Shown here: positions 30,418 through 42,009 of the stretch, one piece after another | Numbering within the stretch: position 1 is the stretch's first letter | Layout: each line of letters begins with the position of its first letter | Assembly: GCA_965204745.1 (NCBI GenBank) | Contig: OZ242010.1 | Span: forward strand, 4,960,001-5,024,000 | Direction of reading: 5' to 3' | From: Candidatus Latescibacterota bacterium | GTDB lineage: Bacteria > Latescibacterota > UBA2968 | DNA length: 64,000 nt | Position numbers and translations under genes: made by a program | Notes under the pieces: generated by a model | Told to the model about the DNA's origin: nothing | What the model saw: only the letters and a program-made list of their open reading frames with translations | The model's database searches: none

Positions 30418-32010
30418 CTATTCGTCCATCTGCGCTTTGGTCGCTACTGCGCGCACGGCTTTGATGCCCAGCCGATCTTCGAGTTGTTTCAAGTACAAAC
30501 TGCGCGGGCGCACCTTTTGCCCGTGCGATTCCCAATAGCCATCCGCGCGTGCGTGCCACCCGTCTCGCTTTTCGCCGATGCAACCGATGGCGTAATTCTG
30601 CGAGGTCGGCGGCTTTTGCACCACAAAGCTCTCTGCTTCGCAATTCCACAACACCTTTTGGGCACCTGCCCAACCGTGCCCCGTGCCCGAGCTTTGCCTG
30701 TCCTGCACATTGATCGCATTGCCCTTTACAACCACATTGTCAAACAGCGTGCCCACAGACCAGCGGTGATGCGGCCCGGTGTCGGAATGCGCGATGTCTG
30801 CCACGCAATCGACAAACGCATTTGGCCCCGGCACCCGCGCGTGCAACACGTAATCGTGCCGGCCGCGGCGGGTATAACACCGCTGTACCAGCGACAACTG
30901 CCCGTGAATGGGAAACGAATACCGCCGGGAGCCCGTGATGAGCGACACGGGATCCAAACACTGGCAATCCTGCACGGTCATCCATTTGGCGTGCGTCCCA
31001 ACCGTCACGCACGCATACCCAAAGTGAACCGCGGTCACATTGCGCGCCCATGCATTTTGCACCTTTGAAAACGCGACAAAATTCCAAGCGTGGTCTTCAT
31101 CGACAAACTCGCCCTCGCGCCGGCGGTCTTTTTGACGCGCATCAAATTCCGATATGCCGCGCAAATGCTCGATGCCCACCTGTTCGATCCGCCCGGGATA
31201 CGCGTACTTGTACACCCACCCGCCGCCGTATTCGCGTTCAAGCGCATTGCCCATCGGCGCGTCAATGGTCAGCCGATTGCCATCGATCTCGGTCACGATG
31301 CGGTCAAACCGAAAATCGTAAGCCCCTGGTCGCCATTGCTGAACCTTGGGATGGGCCATCTCGATGCGGTCCATCCCAATCGCGGCGATCCACTTTTCAG
31401 TGCTCGGACGATGCACGATCACCGCGTCGCCCACTTCAAAATGAGACGCATCCGCGACCTCAAACGTCCGCGTTCCAACCGCAACGTATTCATCGACTAT
31501 CGCCTGTCGCGTTCCGTCCACCTCTCGCGGCCCTCGCCCCTGCCCTTCAAAGGTGATCAATGTGCGCTGTCCTTTTCCGGTGGCGATCAACGCGGTGCCA
31601 TCCTCGGCCGCGCCCTCTCCGCGCAATACCACGCCACTCGCCCGGATGTGGAGCGTGCCGCCAATCCGATACGCGCCGCGCCTTAGCAACAACACCCCGC
31701 GAAATCCACGGGCGTCCAATGCGCGTTTGGACACGGCGTCAATCGCGGCTTGCAATCGGTCTGTATCATCCCCTTCTGCGCTCGGCTGAACCACCATCAC
31801 CACCGGCACATCTGGCAGGGCCACACCGCCGCCCATGTACCCGCAATGCGAAAAATCGGGAATCGCGTTTCCCCGTTCATCTGGCATGTACACCAGCCGC
31901 CCATCGGCACCCGGATACACCAACCCGCTGTAATTCCCCTCGGCCCGCACAGTGCCGACGCACACCAAGACCAGTGCCAATACGCCCATAAATCCCAACA
32001 AGTAAATCAC
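30418..32010 (-). CDS. Secreted pectin-lyase-like beta-helix protein (putative polysaccharide lyase/hydrolase)
   Basis: Signal peptide; IPDFSHCGYMGG, DDTDRLQAAID, GVVLRGEG, GPHHRW, GHGWAGA. Confidence 0.65.
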   Translation of the reverse strand: MIYLLGFMGVLALVLVCVGTVRAEGNYSGLVYPGADGRLVYMPDERGNAIPDFSHCGYMGGGVALPDVPVVMVVQPSAEGDDTDRLQAAIDAVSKRALDARGFRGVLLLRRGAYRIGGTLHIRASGVVLRGEGAAEDGTALIATGKGQRTLITFEGQGRGPREVDGTRQAIVDEYVAVGTRTFEVADASHFEVGDAVIVHRPSTEKWIAAIGMDRIEMAHPKVQQWRPGAYDFRFDRIVTEIDGNRLTIDAPMGNALEREYGGGWVYKYAYPGRIEQVGIEHLRGISEFDARQKDRRREGEFVDEDHAWNFVAFSKVQNAWARNVTAVHFGYACVTVGTHAKWMTVQDCQCLDPVSLITGSRRYSFPIHGQLSLVQRCYTRRGRHDYVLHARVPGPNAFVDCVADIAHSDTGPHHRWSVGTLFDNVVVKGNAINVQDRQSSGTGHGWAGAQKVLWNCEAESFVVQKPPTSQNYAIGCIGEKRDGWHARADGYWESHGQKVRPRSLYLKQLEDRLGIKAVRAVATKAQMDE

Positions 32011-32029
32011 ATTGACCTCCTCGTCAATT

Positions 32030-32485
32030 TTATATCAACTCCTCGTATCGCGGCAACGCGTTGAGGAAACGATAGGAGTTTTTCGCCCTATCAATCGCGC
32101 AACAATAATGCTGCAACCCATTCGTAACGACGAGATACGCGGCCTGCACCACCGAGTTGTATCGCCCAATTTGATCGAATACCCGTTGCGTGATTTTGAC
32201 TTCGGGTGCCTTGCACTCTCCCATCAGCAGGGCCTTTCCCGTTGCATCGCACACGAGCACGTCGGCGCGGCACTGCATCCCCTGAAACACGAACCCCGTC
32301 TCGATAGCCGTGCGCCCCTGCGGAAAGCCCAAGCCCTCAATTAAATACCGCACAAAATTCTGCCGCACCCATTCCTCGGGCGTCAAGACCACGTACTTCT
32401 GCCGCAGGGTATCCAAAATCATCTCGCCCCCATCGCGGTTCACGATGTCAAATCCGGATGAAATGGGAAAATTCAATGTTTTCAT
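32030..32485 (-). CDS. Stand-alone type I restriction HsdR N-terminal-like domain protein
   Basis: LTPEEWVRQ, RADVL, ECKAP, QIGRYN, VTNG. Confidence 0.85.
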   Translation of the reverse strand: MKTLNFPISSGFDIVNRDGGEMILDTLRQKYVVLTPEEWVRQNFVRYLIEGLGFPQGRTAIETGFVFQGMQCRADVLVCDATGKALLMGECKAPEVKITQRVFDQIGRYNSVVQAAYLVVTNGLQHYCCAIDRAKNSYRFLNALPRYEELI

Positions 32486-32492
32486 CAAAATA

Positions 32493-32524
32493 GCCCGTGA
32501 AACCCCATCGCTTCAGCGCGGGGA
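32493..32524 (+). mobile_element. Possible IS200/IS605-type end hairpin remnant
   Basis: GCCCGTGAAACCCCATCGCTTCAGCGCGGGGA; related copy on minus strand at 49781-49813; no tnpA/tnpB nearby. Confidence 0.4.
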
Positions 32525-32678
32525 TATAAGGGCTTGATGAGGCTTTAGCCCTCTAAACTTTTTTGGGGTTACAGCAGTTTTTGTGCAACTAAAAGCCGAT
32601 TGTTTTTCGCCTTTTATCTTTTCGTTTTTTGGGCGAGCACGTCGGCATCGCTCCTACACACTGCTCGCCTTTCTTTTG

Positions 32679-33932
32679 TTATGCTCGCAACGCCGCAACC
32701 GGTGCGACCACAGCGGCTCTGCGGGCGGGGATGAGTGCGAATGCGAAGCACAGGCCCACGGAAGCCGCAGAGATCAATGCAAAATCGACCGCCAGCATTT
32801 TGACGGGCAATGCCTGAAGAATGTAAATCTGACTGGGCAATTTGATCCATTCAAACGTCTGTTGCGACCAGCACAGGACATAGCCTATCGCATTGCCAAA
32901 AACGACCCCGGTCAGGCCAATGCCCAAGCCTTCGAGGGTGAACACCTTGCCAATCGCGGCCGGGGTCGCGCCCAGGGCTTTCAAAATCCCGATATCGCGC
33001 TGTCGGTCTGCGACGGTCATGGTCGAGATACTCGCGATATTGAACCCGGCCACCATCACGATCAGGCACAACACCAAAAAGCCAAATCGTTTTTCCAATC
33101 GGATAGACGCATACAAATTGCGATGCGTGTCCATCCACGTCACGATGTCGTAATCCACCCCAACGCCGAGGGCAGGTGCGACGAGACGCGCTTCAAAGGG
33201 CGCGACGAGCCGAATCTGAATGCCCGAAATCTGATCGCGCCAGCCCAAATCGCGTTGTGCGGCTTCGAGCGATACAAAGGCCAGCGCAGCGTCCAACTCG
33301 TCCAACCCCGTGTGAAAAATACCCGTCACCAGATAGGGCCACACCTGCGGTTGTTGTCCCATCAAAACCTCTTTGGGCACGAGGCCGAGCATGATCTCTG
33401 TGCCGACCACTGCGCCGAGTCTGTCTGCGAGGCTTTGCCCAATCGCCATGCCGTACACTTTGGCGCGTTTTGCCGAGGGCGCGGTGACGGGTTGAACGCC
33501 CAGGTCGAGTTCGCCGCCCCACAAGTACGCGTCTATGTCGGTTATGTTTGCCAACTGCGATGCCTCTATTCCCCGCACGGCGATGCCGACTTGAATCAAA
33601 TCCCCGCCGGGGGGCCGCCGAAGCGCGAAGCCCTCGGCCGCGACAAAAGGCGCGGCAGCGCGCACGGCGGGCAATGCCTCTAATTGTTCGATTTGCACGC
33701 GATTGGGCGACATCGGCTGGGCATGGGGTTTTTGCACCACCACATGCGGGCTGACGCTCAACAGGCTGTCCCACAACAAGCCCGAAAAGCCATTGAAAAC
33801 CGAGAGGACGATCACCAGAGCAGCGACCCCAATGGTCACGCCTGCGATAGCAATGCCCGCGGTCAACGACACCTGACGCTGTGCGCGCATAGCGCGTAGA
33901 TGCCTACGTGCGATGAAAAATTCGTATGTCAT
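32679..33932 (-). CDS. lolE: Lipoprotein-releasing ABC transporter permease LolC/LolE family
   Basis: YEFFIARRHL, GVAALVIVLSVFNGF, DIGILKALGAT, IPARRAA. Confidence 0.85.
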   Translation of the reverse strand: MTYEFFIARRHLRAMRAQRQVSLTAGIAIAGVTIGVAALVIVLSVFNGFSGLLWDSLLSVSPHVVVQKPHAQPMSPNRVQIEQLEALPAVRAAAPFVAAEGFALRRPPGGDLIQVGIAVRGIEASQLANITDIDAYLWGGELDLGVQPVTAPSAKRAKVYGMAIGQSLADRLGAVVGTEIMLGLVPKEVLMGQQPQVWPYLVTGIFHTGLDELDAALAFVSLEAAQRDLGWRDQISGIQIRLVAPFEARLVAPALGVGVDYDIVTWMDTHRNLYASIRLEKRFGFLVLCLIVMVAGFNIASISTMTVADRQRDIGILKALGATPAAIGKVFTLEGLGIGLTGVVFGNAIGYVLCWSQQTFEWIKLPSQIYILQALPVKMLAVDFALISAASVGLCFAFALIPARRAAVVAPVAALRA

Positions 33933-33943
33933 GTCAGTTGTCA

Positions 33944-34927
33944 ATGCGAATTAAGAGTAGAAAGCGAGTAAGAAGCAAGCCGCGGTCAATCGCCCAAAGA
34001 CATGAACGAGTAAGCCCTCATAGGATCGTACCCGAGACGCCATCGAGATGTTCGTCTTTCGTTCAATCCAACTGAACAAGGCCTCTATAGGCTGTCGCAT
34101 GCTCGAAACCGCCCGAGAAAAGTCTTTTTCGGCCTCGGTCAGGCTTTCTTGTCCCTTCTTTCGCTTCACCGGCGTCTCGAAGATCAGGTTCTGCTGCTTG
34201 CTAAGCGTATCTTTTAAGGGCTGATCGGCGTAGAGTTTATCGCCGTAGAGGTGTCCATCCCGCAAAACGGGTAAGCCTTGTCGCAAAGCGGTCAGGTCAT
34301 GCTCTGCTGCGCCTGTCAAGCCGAAGGACTCTGCTTTGGGCAGGCCATTCGCTCGGTCTTGTGCGACCATGTGCAGTTTAGTGCCGTAATACCACATCTT
34401 TTTGGAAGCGCAGCGGCCTTTGTTGGCCCGTTGTTCTTCAGCCACACATGCCTTTCCGCTACGTGCCGATTGTGCCATGACAATCGGCATGGAATCCACC
34501 AAGTAGGTGTGTTCACAGACATCGGTTGCGGGACTGTCCTTTTGGATCTGTTCAATCAATGGCGCGAAGACCACACACAAGCGGTTCAACCGCTGGATAT
34601 AGCCTGCATAAGTGGGCAGATTGGGAAACCAGTCGAACAGATGATCCTTGGTATAGGTATAAATCGCCTTGATCTGCGTGTGCTGTTGCATGATCCCAAA
34701 CAAATAGATCGTCAGCACTTCTTCATCTGTGAAGGTCGGCGTGTCGTTGTTACTCATGCGTTCCGTATAAAACCACAGATGCTTTTGGTCATACTGCTGA
34801 CAAATATAGACATACAAGTGAATGAGTTTATCTTGCCAATCCATCGCGTGCTCCTTCCTTTAAGGGTGAAATGACTGAGCCCTCAAGAAAAGACAAGTAC
34901 GCGATGGATTCAACTCTTAATTCGCAT
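33944..34927 (-). mobile_element. IS982 family element
   Basis: TIR ATGCGAATTAAGAGT(A/T)GAA at both ends; no matching target duplication in flanks. Confidence 0.88.
33951..34844 (-). CDS. IS982 DDE transposase
   Basis: FTDEEVLT, LVDSMPI, YYGTKLH, YGDKLY, MRQPIEALF. Confidence 0.9.
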   Translation of the reverse strand: MDWQDKLIHLYVYICQQYDQKHLWFYTERMSNNDTPTFTDEEVLTIYLFGIMQQHTQIKAIYTYTKDHLFDWFPNLPTYAGYIQRLNRLCVVFAPLIEQIQKDSPATDVCEHTYLVDSMPIVMAQSARSGKACVAEEQRANKGRCASKKMWYYGTKLHMVAQDRANGLPKAESFGLTGAAEHDLTALRQGLPVLRDGHLYGDKLYADQPLKDTLSKQQNLIFETPVKRKKGQESLTEAEKDFSRAVSSMRQPIEALFSWIERKTNISMASRVRSYEGLLVHVFGRLTAACFLLAFYS

Positions 34928-37900
34928 CAACAAGTGACGGTGGACTATGCGGACGCGACTAGCGGGACCGCGACTTCGGGAGATGACTACACCGCAATCA
35001 CTGCCGGCACGCTGACGTTCGCGGCCGGTGTGACGCGCGATACCCTTGCCGTGACTGTCCTCGGCGATGCCCTCGATGAGGAGGATGAGACCGTGATCGT
35101 CGAGTTGAGCAGTGCGAGCAATGCGACCTTCACCGGCGGTGGTTCGACCCTCACCGGCACCGGTACGATCACCGATGATGACGACCCGCCGGCGTTGAGT
35201 ATTGCTTCTGCGAGTGTGACCGAGGGCGCCACTGGCGCCATGCCGTCGCTTGAGTTCATCGTCTCGTTGAGCGCGGCGAGTGGTCGGCAAGTGACGGTGG
35301 GCTATGCAGATGCGGGCACCGGGACCGCGACTTCGGGCACGGACTACACCGCAATCACTTCCGGCACGTTGACGTTTGCGGCGGGTGTGACGAGCGATAC
35401 CATTGCCGTATCCGTCACCGGTGACGATGCCAACGAGCCGAATGAGACCGTGATCGTCGAGTTGAGCAGTGCGAGCAATGCGACCTTCACCGGCGGTGGT
35501 TCGACCCTCACCGGCACCGGTACGATCACCGATGATGACGCGACGCCGACGTTGAGTATTGCTTCTGCACGTGTGGATGAGGGCGCCACTGGGGAGACGG
35601 CGTCGCTTGAGTTCATCGTCACATTGAACGCGGCGAGTGGTCGGCAAGTGACGGTGGCCTATGCGGACGCGGGCACCGGGACCGCGACTTCGGGCACGGA
35701 CTACACGGCAATCACTGCCGGCACGCTGACGTTCGCGGCTGGCGTGACGAGCGATACCCTTGCCGTGACTGTCACCGGCGACGACACCAACGAGCCAAAT
35801 GAGACCGTGATCGTCGAGTTGAGCAGTGCGAGCAATGCGACCTTCAGCGGCGGGGGCACGACCCTCACCGGCACCGGGACGATCACCGATGATGACGGCG
35901 TGCCGAGGCTGAGTATTAGGTCGTGTTGACATTTTATTTTTTTCTATCTTATGCTTGCTGATTTAAGGCGTTTGGTCCTTTGATGGCTTAGGTTGCTCTG
36001 ATGACGTTGCGCGAGGGGACCTATCCCCCGGCCCCTTTCCTACGAGGAAAGGGGAGTAAAGCTCCTTTGATGGCTTATCGCTCTGGTTGCTCGGATGGCG
36101 TTGACCGAGGGCATAAAGCGATTAAAAACCCCTCATCAATACCCTCGCAAAACCGCTCACAGTTCCCCCCTTCCTCAAAGGAAGGGGGGTTAGGGGGGTA
36201 GGTCCCGATAAGGAGCGACTGTTCTAGGTTTTCAGACCGAGAGCATATTCTGAGATAGGGCTTGATTTTCTCGATAAACCGAGCCAGTTGCATGGCTCGT
36301 AAATGTCAACACAACCTAGTTCTCCGACTGTGGCCGAGGGGAGCGGTTCCTCATCCCTTGAGTTCATCGTGACGTTGAGCGCGGCGAGTGGTCAGCAAGT
36401 CACGGTGGGCTATGAGGACGCGGGCACCGGGACCGCGACTTCGGGCACGGACTACACAACAATCACTGCCGGCACGCTGACGTTTGCGGCGGGTGTGACG
36501 CGCGATACCCTTGCCGTGACTGTCCTCGGCGATGCCCTCGATGAGGAGGATGAGACCGTGATCGTCGAGTTGAGCAGTGCGAGCAATGCGACCTTCACCG
36601 GCGGTAATTCGACCCTCACCGGCACCGGGACGATCACCGATGATGACGACCCGCCGGCGTTGAGTATTGCTTCTGCGAGTGTGACCGAGGGCGCCACTGG
36701 CGCCATGCCGTCGCTTGAGTTCATCGTCACGTTGAACGCGGCGAGTGGTCGGCAAGTGACGGTGGGCTATGCAGATGCGGGTAGCGGGACCGCGACTTCG
36801 GGAGATGACTACACCTCAATCACTACTGGCACGCTGACGTTTGCGGCGGGTGTGACGAGCGATACCATTGCCGTATCCGTCACCGGTGACGATGCCAACG
36901 AGCCGAATGAGACCGTGATCGTCGAGTTGAGCAATCCGAGCAATGCGACGATAAGCACGGCGACCGGCACCGGAACGATCACCAATGATGATGACCCCCC
37001 GCCGACGCTGTCCGGCTTGGCACTGGTTGCGGTCAAGATAGTCGATCCGCCGGCTAACCCCTCGTTTAAGGATGGACATGCAGACTATACCTCCTTCTCG
37101 TTTGGCTTCAGCACCCTCTTGCCGCAAACGACTTCGCAACCGGTAACAATTACTGGCCCCGCTTCTACAGTTGATAATGTTTATTTTCACTATGTTTGTG
37201 CGGATAAGGATACGCGACAGGTTGACCCTGATGGCAGGGAGGGATGTCGTCAAATCGCAAGCCGTACTCATCCCACATCGATCACGCTCACCCAAGCCGA
37301 GGTTGACCATGGCGGGGTCATGTGGCACGTTTATGATGGGGAGCCTCAAGTCACTGTCATAACAGAGTGGATACCCATTCCCATTCCCGACGCGTCGGTC
37401 ACGCTGATGCCTACCTTCAGCGCGGGGACTACCGCATACACAGGGACGATTGCCTGGAATCGCAACGGTCTGCGGGTTACACCTACTGCCAGTTCGGCCG
37501 CGAGCACGATCAGCGTCAGCCTCAATGGAGGGGGCCTGACCACGGTCGACAGCGATAGCACACACGTCCTCAGTTCCCTGAGTAGCGGTGCCAACACCGT
37601 CTCGGTCACGGTCACTGAAAGATCGAGCTCCATGCCCTACACTGTGACCTTGGCGCGTGGGAACACGGTTCCGTCCTTTGGCTCTGCCTCAGTGGCTACA
37701 CAGACCTTCACCTCTGGGGTGGGCATTTTGGCGTTTCAAGTGCCTGCGGCGACTAGCGGCGATGGTGCTCTTACTTATGAAGCGACCGGCTTGCCTGCGG
37801 GTTTGACCTTTGATGCCGATGGCAGTGGGAGTTGTACCGGCTCGATGGCGCGTACCATCTGCGGCACGCCTACTGCGGGGGGTACTTTCTCCGTCACCAT

Positions 37901-40900
37901 CTATGCGGTGGATGCGGATAACAACAGGACCCCTGCTGATCGCGGCAGTCTGTCGTTCACCATCAATGTGAGAGGGGTCTCGATCTCTTCGACTACCCCC
38001 ACTTCGTTGACCGAGTCCGGTCTGGACGGCGCGACGGTCACGCTGACGTTGCAACATGCCCTATTCAGCAGTGGTGTAAGTGCCTCTCACTTCGCGTTGG
38101 TGACGGCCATCCCGAATGTGTCTATCGCTTCGTTGGGATCGGGTGCGGGTGGTACGAATAGTGCGGTTCTGACGCTGTCCTTCAGCGGCAACTTCACCAC
38201 TGCCCAGACCTTGGCGGTGAGGGTGTTGGCAGCGGGGAATGATGCGAATAGTGCTCTGACCTCGCCTGTAGTGATGGTTTCGCCATCTGCGGGTGTGACC
38301 GTCAGCAGGAGCAGTCTGACGTTAGAGGAGGATCCCGGGGAGTCCAACGCCAACCGCGGCACCTATACGGTCGTGCTGGCTACCCAACCCGCCAGCGACG
38401 TCGTGATTGGCGTCAGTAGTAACAACACCGATGTCACCTTGTCCGCTTCGTCGCTGACCTTCACAAATGGGAATTGGAACACGGCACAGACGGTGACCGT
38501 GACCGCAGGGTCTGATGCCGATGATGCGGACGACACCGCGACTGTGAGTCACAGCGTTACCACCGCTTCGGGAGACTATACGACTGGTCTGTCTATCGCC
38601 AGCGTGACGGTGACGGTGAACGATGACGACATGCTGGTCAAGCCGACGAATGTGCAGGTGACGGCCTTGGTGGATAGCCTATCGGTGAGTTGGGACGCTG
38701 TGACCGGTGCGACGGGTTACAAGGTGCAGTGGAAGTCTGGGAGTGAAAATTATCCCGATGCTGATGGGCATGCGGCGACGCATGGACAGGCGACAGTGAC
38801 TGGTACGAGTCACAAGATTCATGGGCTGACCGCTGGAACGACTTACACGGTTCGGGTGATCGCCACCCGTGCGAATTTCGATGACAGTGAAGCCTCCGAC
38901 AGTGTGACCGGCGTTCCCAAGGCCCCCCAGCCTGTTGCGCCGACGAATGTGCAGGTGACGGCTTTGGTGGATAGCCTCGAGGTGAGTTGGGACGCTGTGA
39001 CCGGTGCGACGGGTTACAAGGTGCAATGGAAGTCTGGGAGTCAGGCATACAACACGACTGACCGTCAGGCCAGTGTGACCGGCGTGAGTCATAAGATTCC
39101 CGGTCTGACTGGCGGCACGGCTTACACGGTTCGGGTGATTGCCACGCGCACGCATGCAGACGACAGTGAAGCCTCCAGCGAGGCGACTGGCACGCCCAAA
39201 CCGACGCTGTCCGGCCTGGCACTGGATGTGATCACGAGAAAAAATCCGCCGGCTGACGCCTCGTATAAAGATAAAGATACAGCCTATACCTCCTTCTCGT
39301 TTGGCTTCAGCACCCTCTTGCCGCAAACGACTGCACAACCGGTAACGATTACTGGCCCCGCTTCTAATAATGATCATTCTTATTATCACTATGTTTGTGC
39401 GGATAAGGATACGCGACGGGTCAACCCTTCTGGCAGGGCGGGATGTCGTCAAATCTCAATCCTTACTCATCCCACATCGATCACGCTCACCCAAGCCGAG
39501 GTTGACTCTGGCGGGGTCATGTGGCACGTTTGGGATGGGGAGCCTGACATCACTGTCATGACAGCGTGGATATCCATTCCCATTTCCGAGTCGGTCACGC
39601 TGATGCCATCCTTCGCCTCGTCCATAGTCAACTACACTGGGAGCATCCCCTCCATCACCGATTCCCTTCGGGTCACGCCCACGGCTAGTTTGGGCACGGC
39701 TACCATCGAGCGAGGTCGGCATCACTGGGGGGGACACGACCACGGTCGTCAGCGGTGACACACATGTCCTCAGTTCCCTGAGTAGCGGTGCCAACACCGT
39801 CTCGGTCACGGTCACTGAAAGCTCGCAATCCACGACCTACACGGTGACCGTGTCTCGTGGTAACGCGGTTCCGTCCTTCGCTAGCTCAGTGTCTGACAAG
39901 ACCTTTAATGCGGACGTGAGCATTTTGGCGTTTCGAGTGCCTGCGGCGACTGGCGGCGATGGTGCCCTTACCTCTATACAGCGACCGGCTTGCCTACGGG
40001 TTTGACCTTTGATGCCGATGGTAGTGGGGCTTGTCCTGGCCTGATGACCGAGGCGCGTACTATCTGCGGCACGCCTACTGTGGGGGGTACTTTCCCCGTC
40101 ACCATCTATGCGAGGGATGCGGATGCCGACAGGACCCCTGCTGATCGCGCCAGTCTGTCGTTCACCATCAAGGTGCCAAGGGTCTCGATCAGCGAGAGTA
40201 GCCTGGCGTTAAATGAGGATCCCGGGGGTTCCAACGCCAACCGCGGCACCTATACGGTCGTGTTGGAGCTCCAACCCGCCAACGACGTCGTGATTGGCGT
40301 CAATAGTAACAACACCGATGTCACCTTGTCCGCTTCGTCGCTGACCTTCACAAACGGGAATTGGAACAGCCCACAGACGGTGACCGTGACCGCAGGGTCT
40401 GATACCGATGGCTTGAACGACACCGCGATAGTGAGCCACCGCGTTACCACCAATTCGGGAGCCTATAGGACTGGTCTGCCTATTCCCAGCGTGGCGGTGA
40501 CGATCACCGATGATGACGAGCCGGTGGTGAGTATTGCTTCTGCACGTGTGGATGAGGGCACCACTGGCGCCACGGCGTCCCTTGAGTTCATCGTCACGTT
40601 GAGCATAGCAAGTAGTCAACAAGTCACGGTGGACTATGCAGATGCGAATACCGGGACCGCGACTTCGGGCACGGACTACACCGCAATCACTGGCGGCACG
40701 CTGACGTTCGCGTCAGGTGTGACGAGAGATACCATTACCGTGTCCGTCACCGGTGACGACACCGCTGAGTCGGATGAGACCGTGGTCGTGACGCTGAGCA
40801 ATGCGAGCAATGCGGCGATAAGCACGGCGACCGGCACCGGAACGATTACCGATGATGATGGCGAGCCGACGGTAACACTGTCGCTATCGGCGTCGACGAT

Positions 40901-41585
40901 TTCGGAGAACGGCGGGGTTTCGACAGTGAGCGCGACGCTGTCGCATCCATCGAGCGCGATCACGACGATCACGGTCTCTGCGGCACCTGTGTCCCCTGCG
41001 ACTGCGAGCGACTTCACGCTATCGAGTGCAGACACCCTGATCATCGCGGCGAGTGAGACGACGAGCACGGGCACCGTGACGATCACCGCAGTGGACAACG
41101 ACGACCGGGCAGGCGATAAGACGGTCACGGTGTCTGCAACCGCAAACAACGCCCAAGGCATCACCGCACCCGAACCCGTGACCCTGACCATTACCGATGA
41201 CGAACCGAGTGCCAACTTGGATGTAGATGGCGATGGCCGGGTGAGACTGTTCTCGGATATAATCCTGGTCATTCGATATGTCCTCTTCTTCCGGGAAGAG
41301 GCCCTCCTCAGAGGGAACGTCATCGAGCCAACTGCCACGCGCACGACTGCTCAACAAATTGAACCCTACCTCGACATATTGGTCAATCAGAACATTCTCG
41401 ATGTGGATGGCGATGGCGATGTGAGGCTGTTCTCGGATATAATCCTGATCATTCGATATGTCCTCTTCTTCCGGGAAGAGGCCCTCCTCAGAGGGAACGT
41501 CATCGAGCAAAATGCTACGCGCACGACCGCTCAACAAATTGAACCCTTCATCCGAAGCCTCTATCCCGACTCTCACTTCGAATGA
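34928..41585 (+). pseudogene. Giant Calx-beta / cadherin-like / FN3 / He_PIG surface protein; 5' end missing, MITE-interrupted, two frameshifts (~39710, ~39975)
   Basis: Repeated VTVxYAD..GTATSGTDY..GTLTF..DE.DET..GTGTITDDD units in 34928-35918, 36317-39710 and 39990-41585; C-terminal duplicated LDVDGDG domain. Confidence 0.85.
35919..36316. mobile_element. MITE (398 bp) with IS427-like ends
   Basis: GGTCGTGTTGACATTT..AAATGTCAACACAACC, TA duplication; excision restores ..PRLSI-SSPTVAEG..; two internal G/C-rich hairpins; no transposase. Confidence 0.88.
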
Positions 41586-41803
41586 AAGCCTGTTCCCTGA
41601 CCGCCACAGATGAAGATGGCGAGATTGGATGCGAGGACAGGCACAGGGACCTGTCCCTACGGGTGATGGAGGGTAGGTGGAACTGAACTGATCGCTGGCC
41701 CCTTGGGGCGCGGCCGGGGTCACGCACACGGCGGGGTAGGGGCGGGAAGGGAACGCACGGGCGGATAGGCGGAGCAGATGGGCACGCACACGGCGCAAAA
41801 AAC

Positions 41804-41837
41804 AAAAGCCCGGGGTCGCTAATGACTCCGGGCTTTT
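41804..41837. terminator. Intrinsic terminator hairpin
   Basis: AAAAGCCCGGGGTC-GCTAAT-GACTCCGGGCTTTT. Confidence 0.7.
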
Positions 41838-42009
41838 CTGCAAGTCATGCGAATTAAGCGTTGAACCATATCAATCCGTGGTTGCTTTTTCCGCTCGTGC
41901 GTTTTAGATTCGCTCTCCCATTTCCCCCGCACGCCTTTCTCCCTTTATCCGTGTTCATTCGTGGTTGAGATGTCCTTCCCCCAACATCTCCATTTACAGG
42001 AGTTTGTTG

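Noticed and set aside
29330-30673. Long antisense ORFs here and opposite dnaE, metH, sigma factor and DUF6785 genes
   Set aside because: Shadow ORFs expected from high-GC codon usage; no motifs or RBS
32030-32485. Type I R-M system
   Set aside because: Only a stand-alone HsdR N-terminal-like domain; no helicase, hsdM or hsdS
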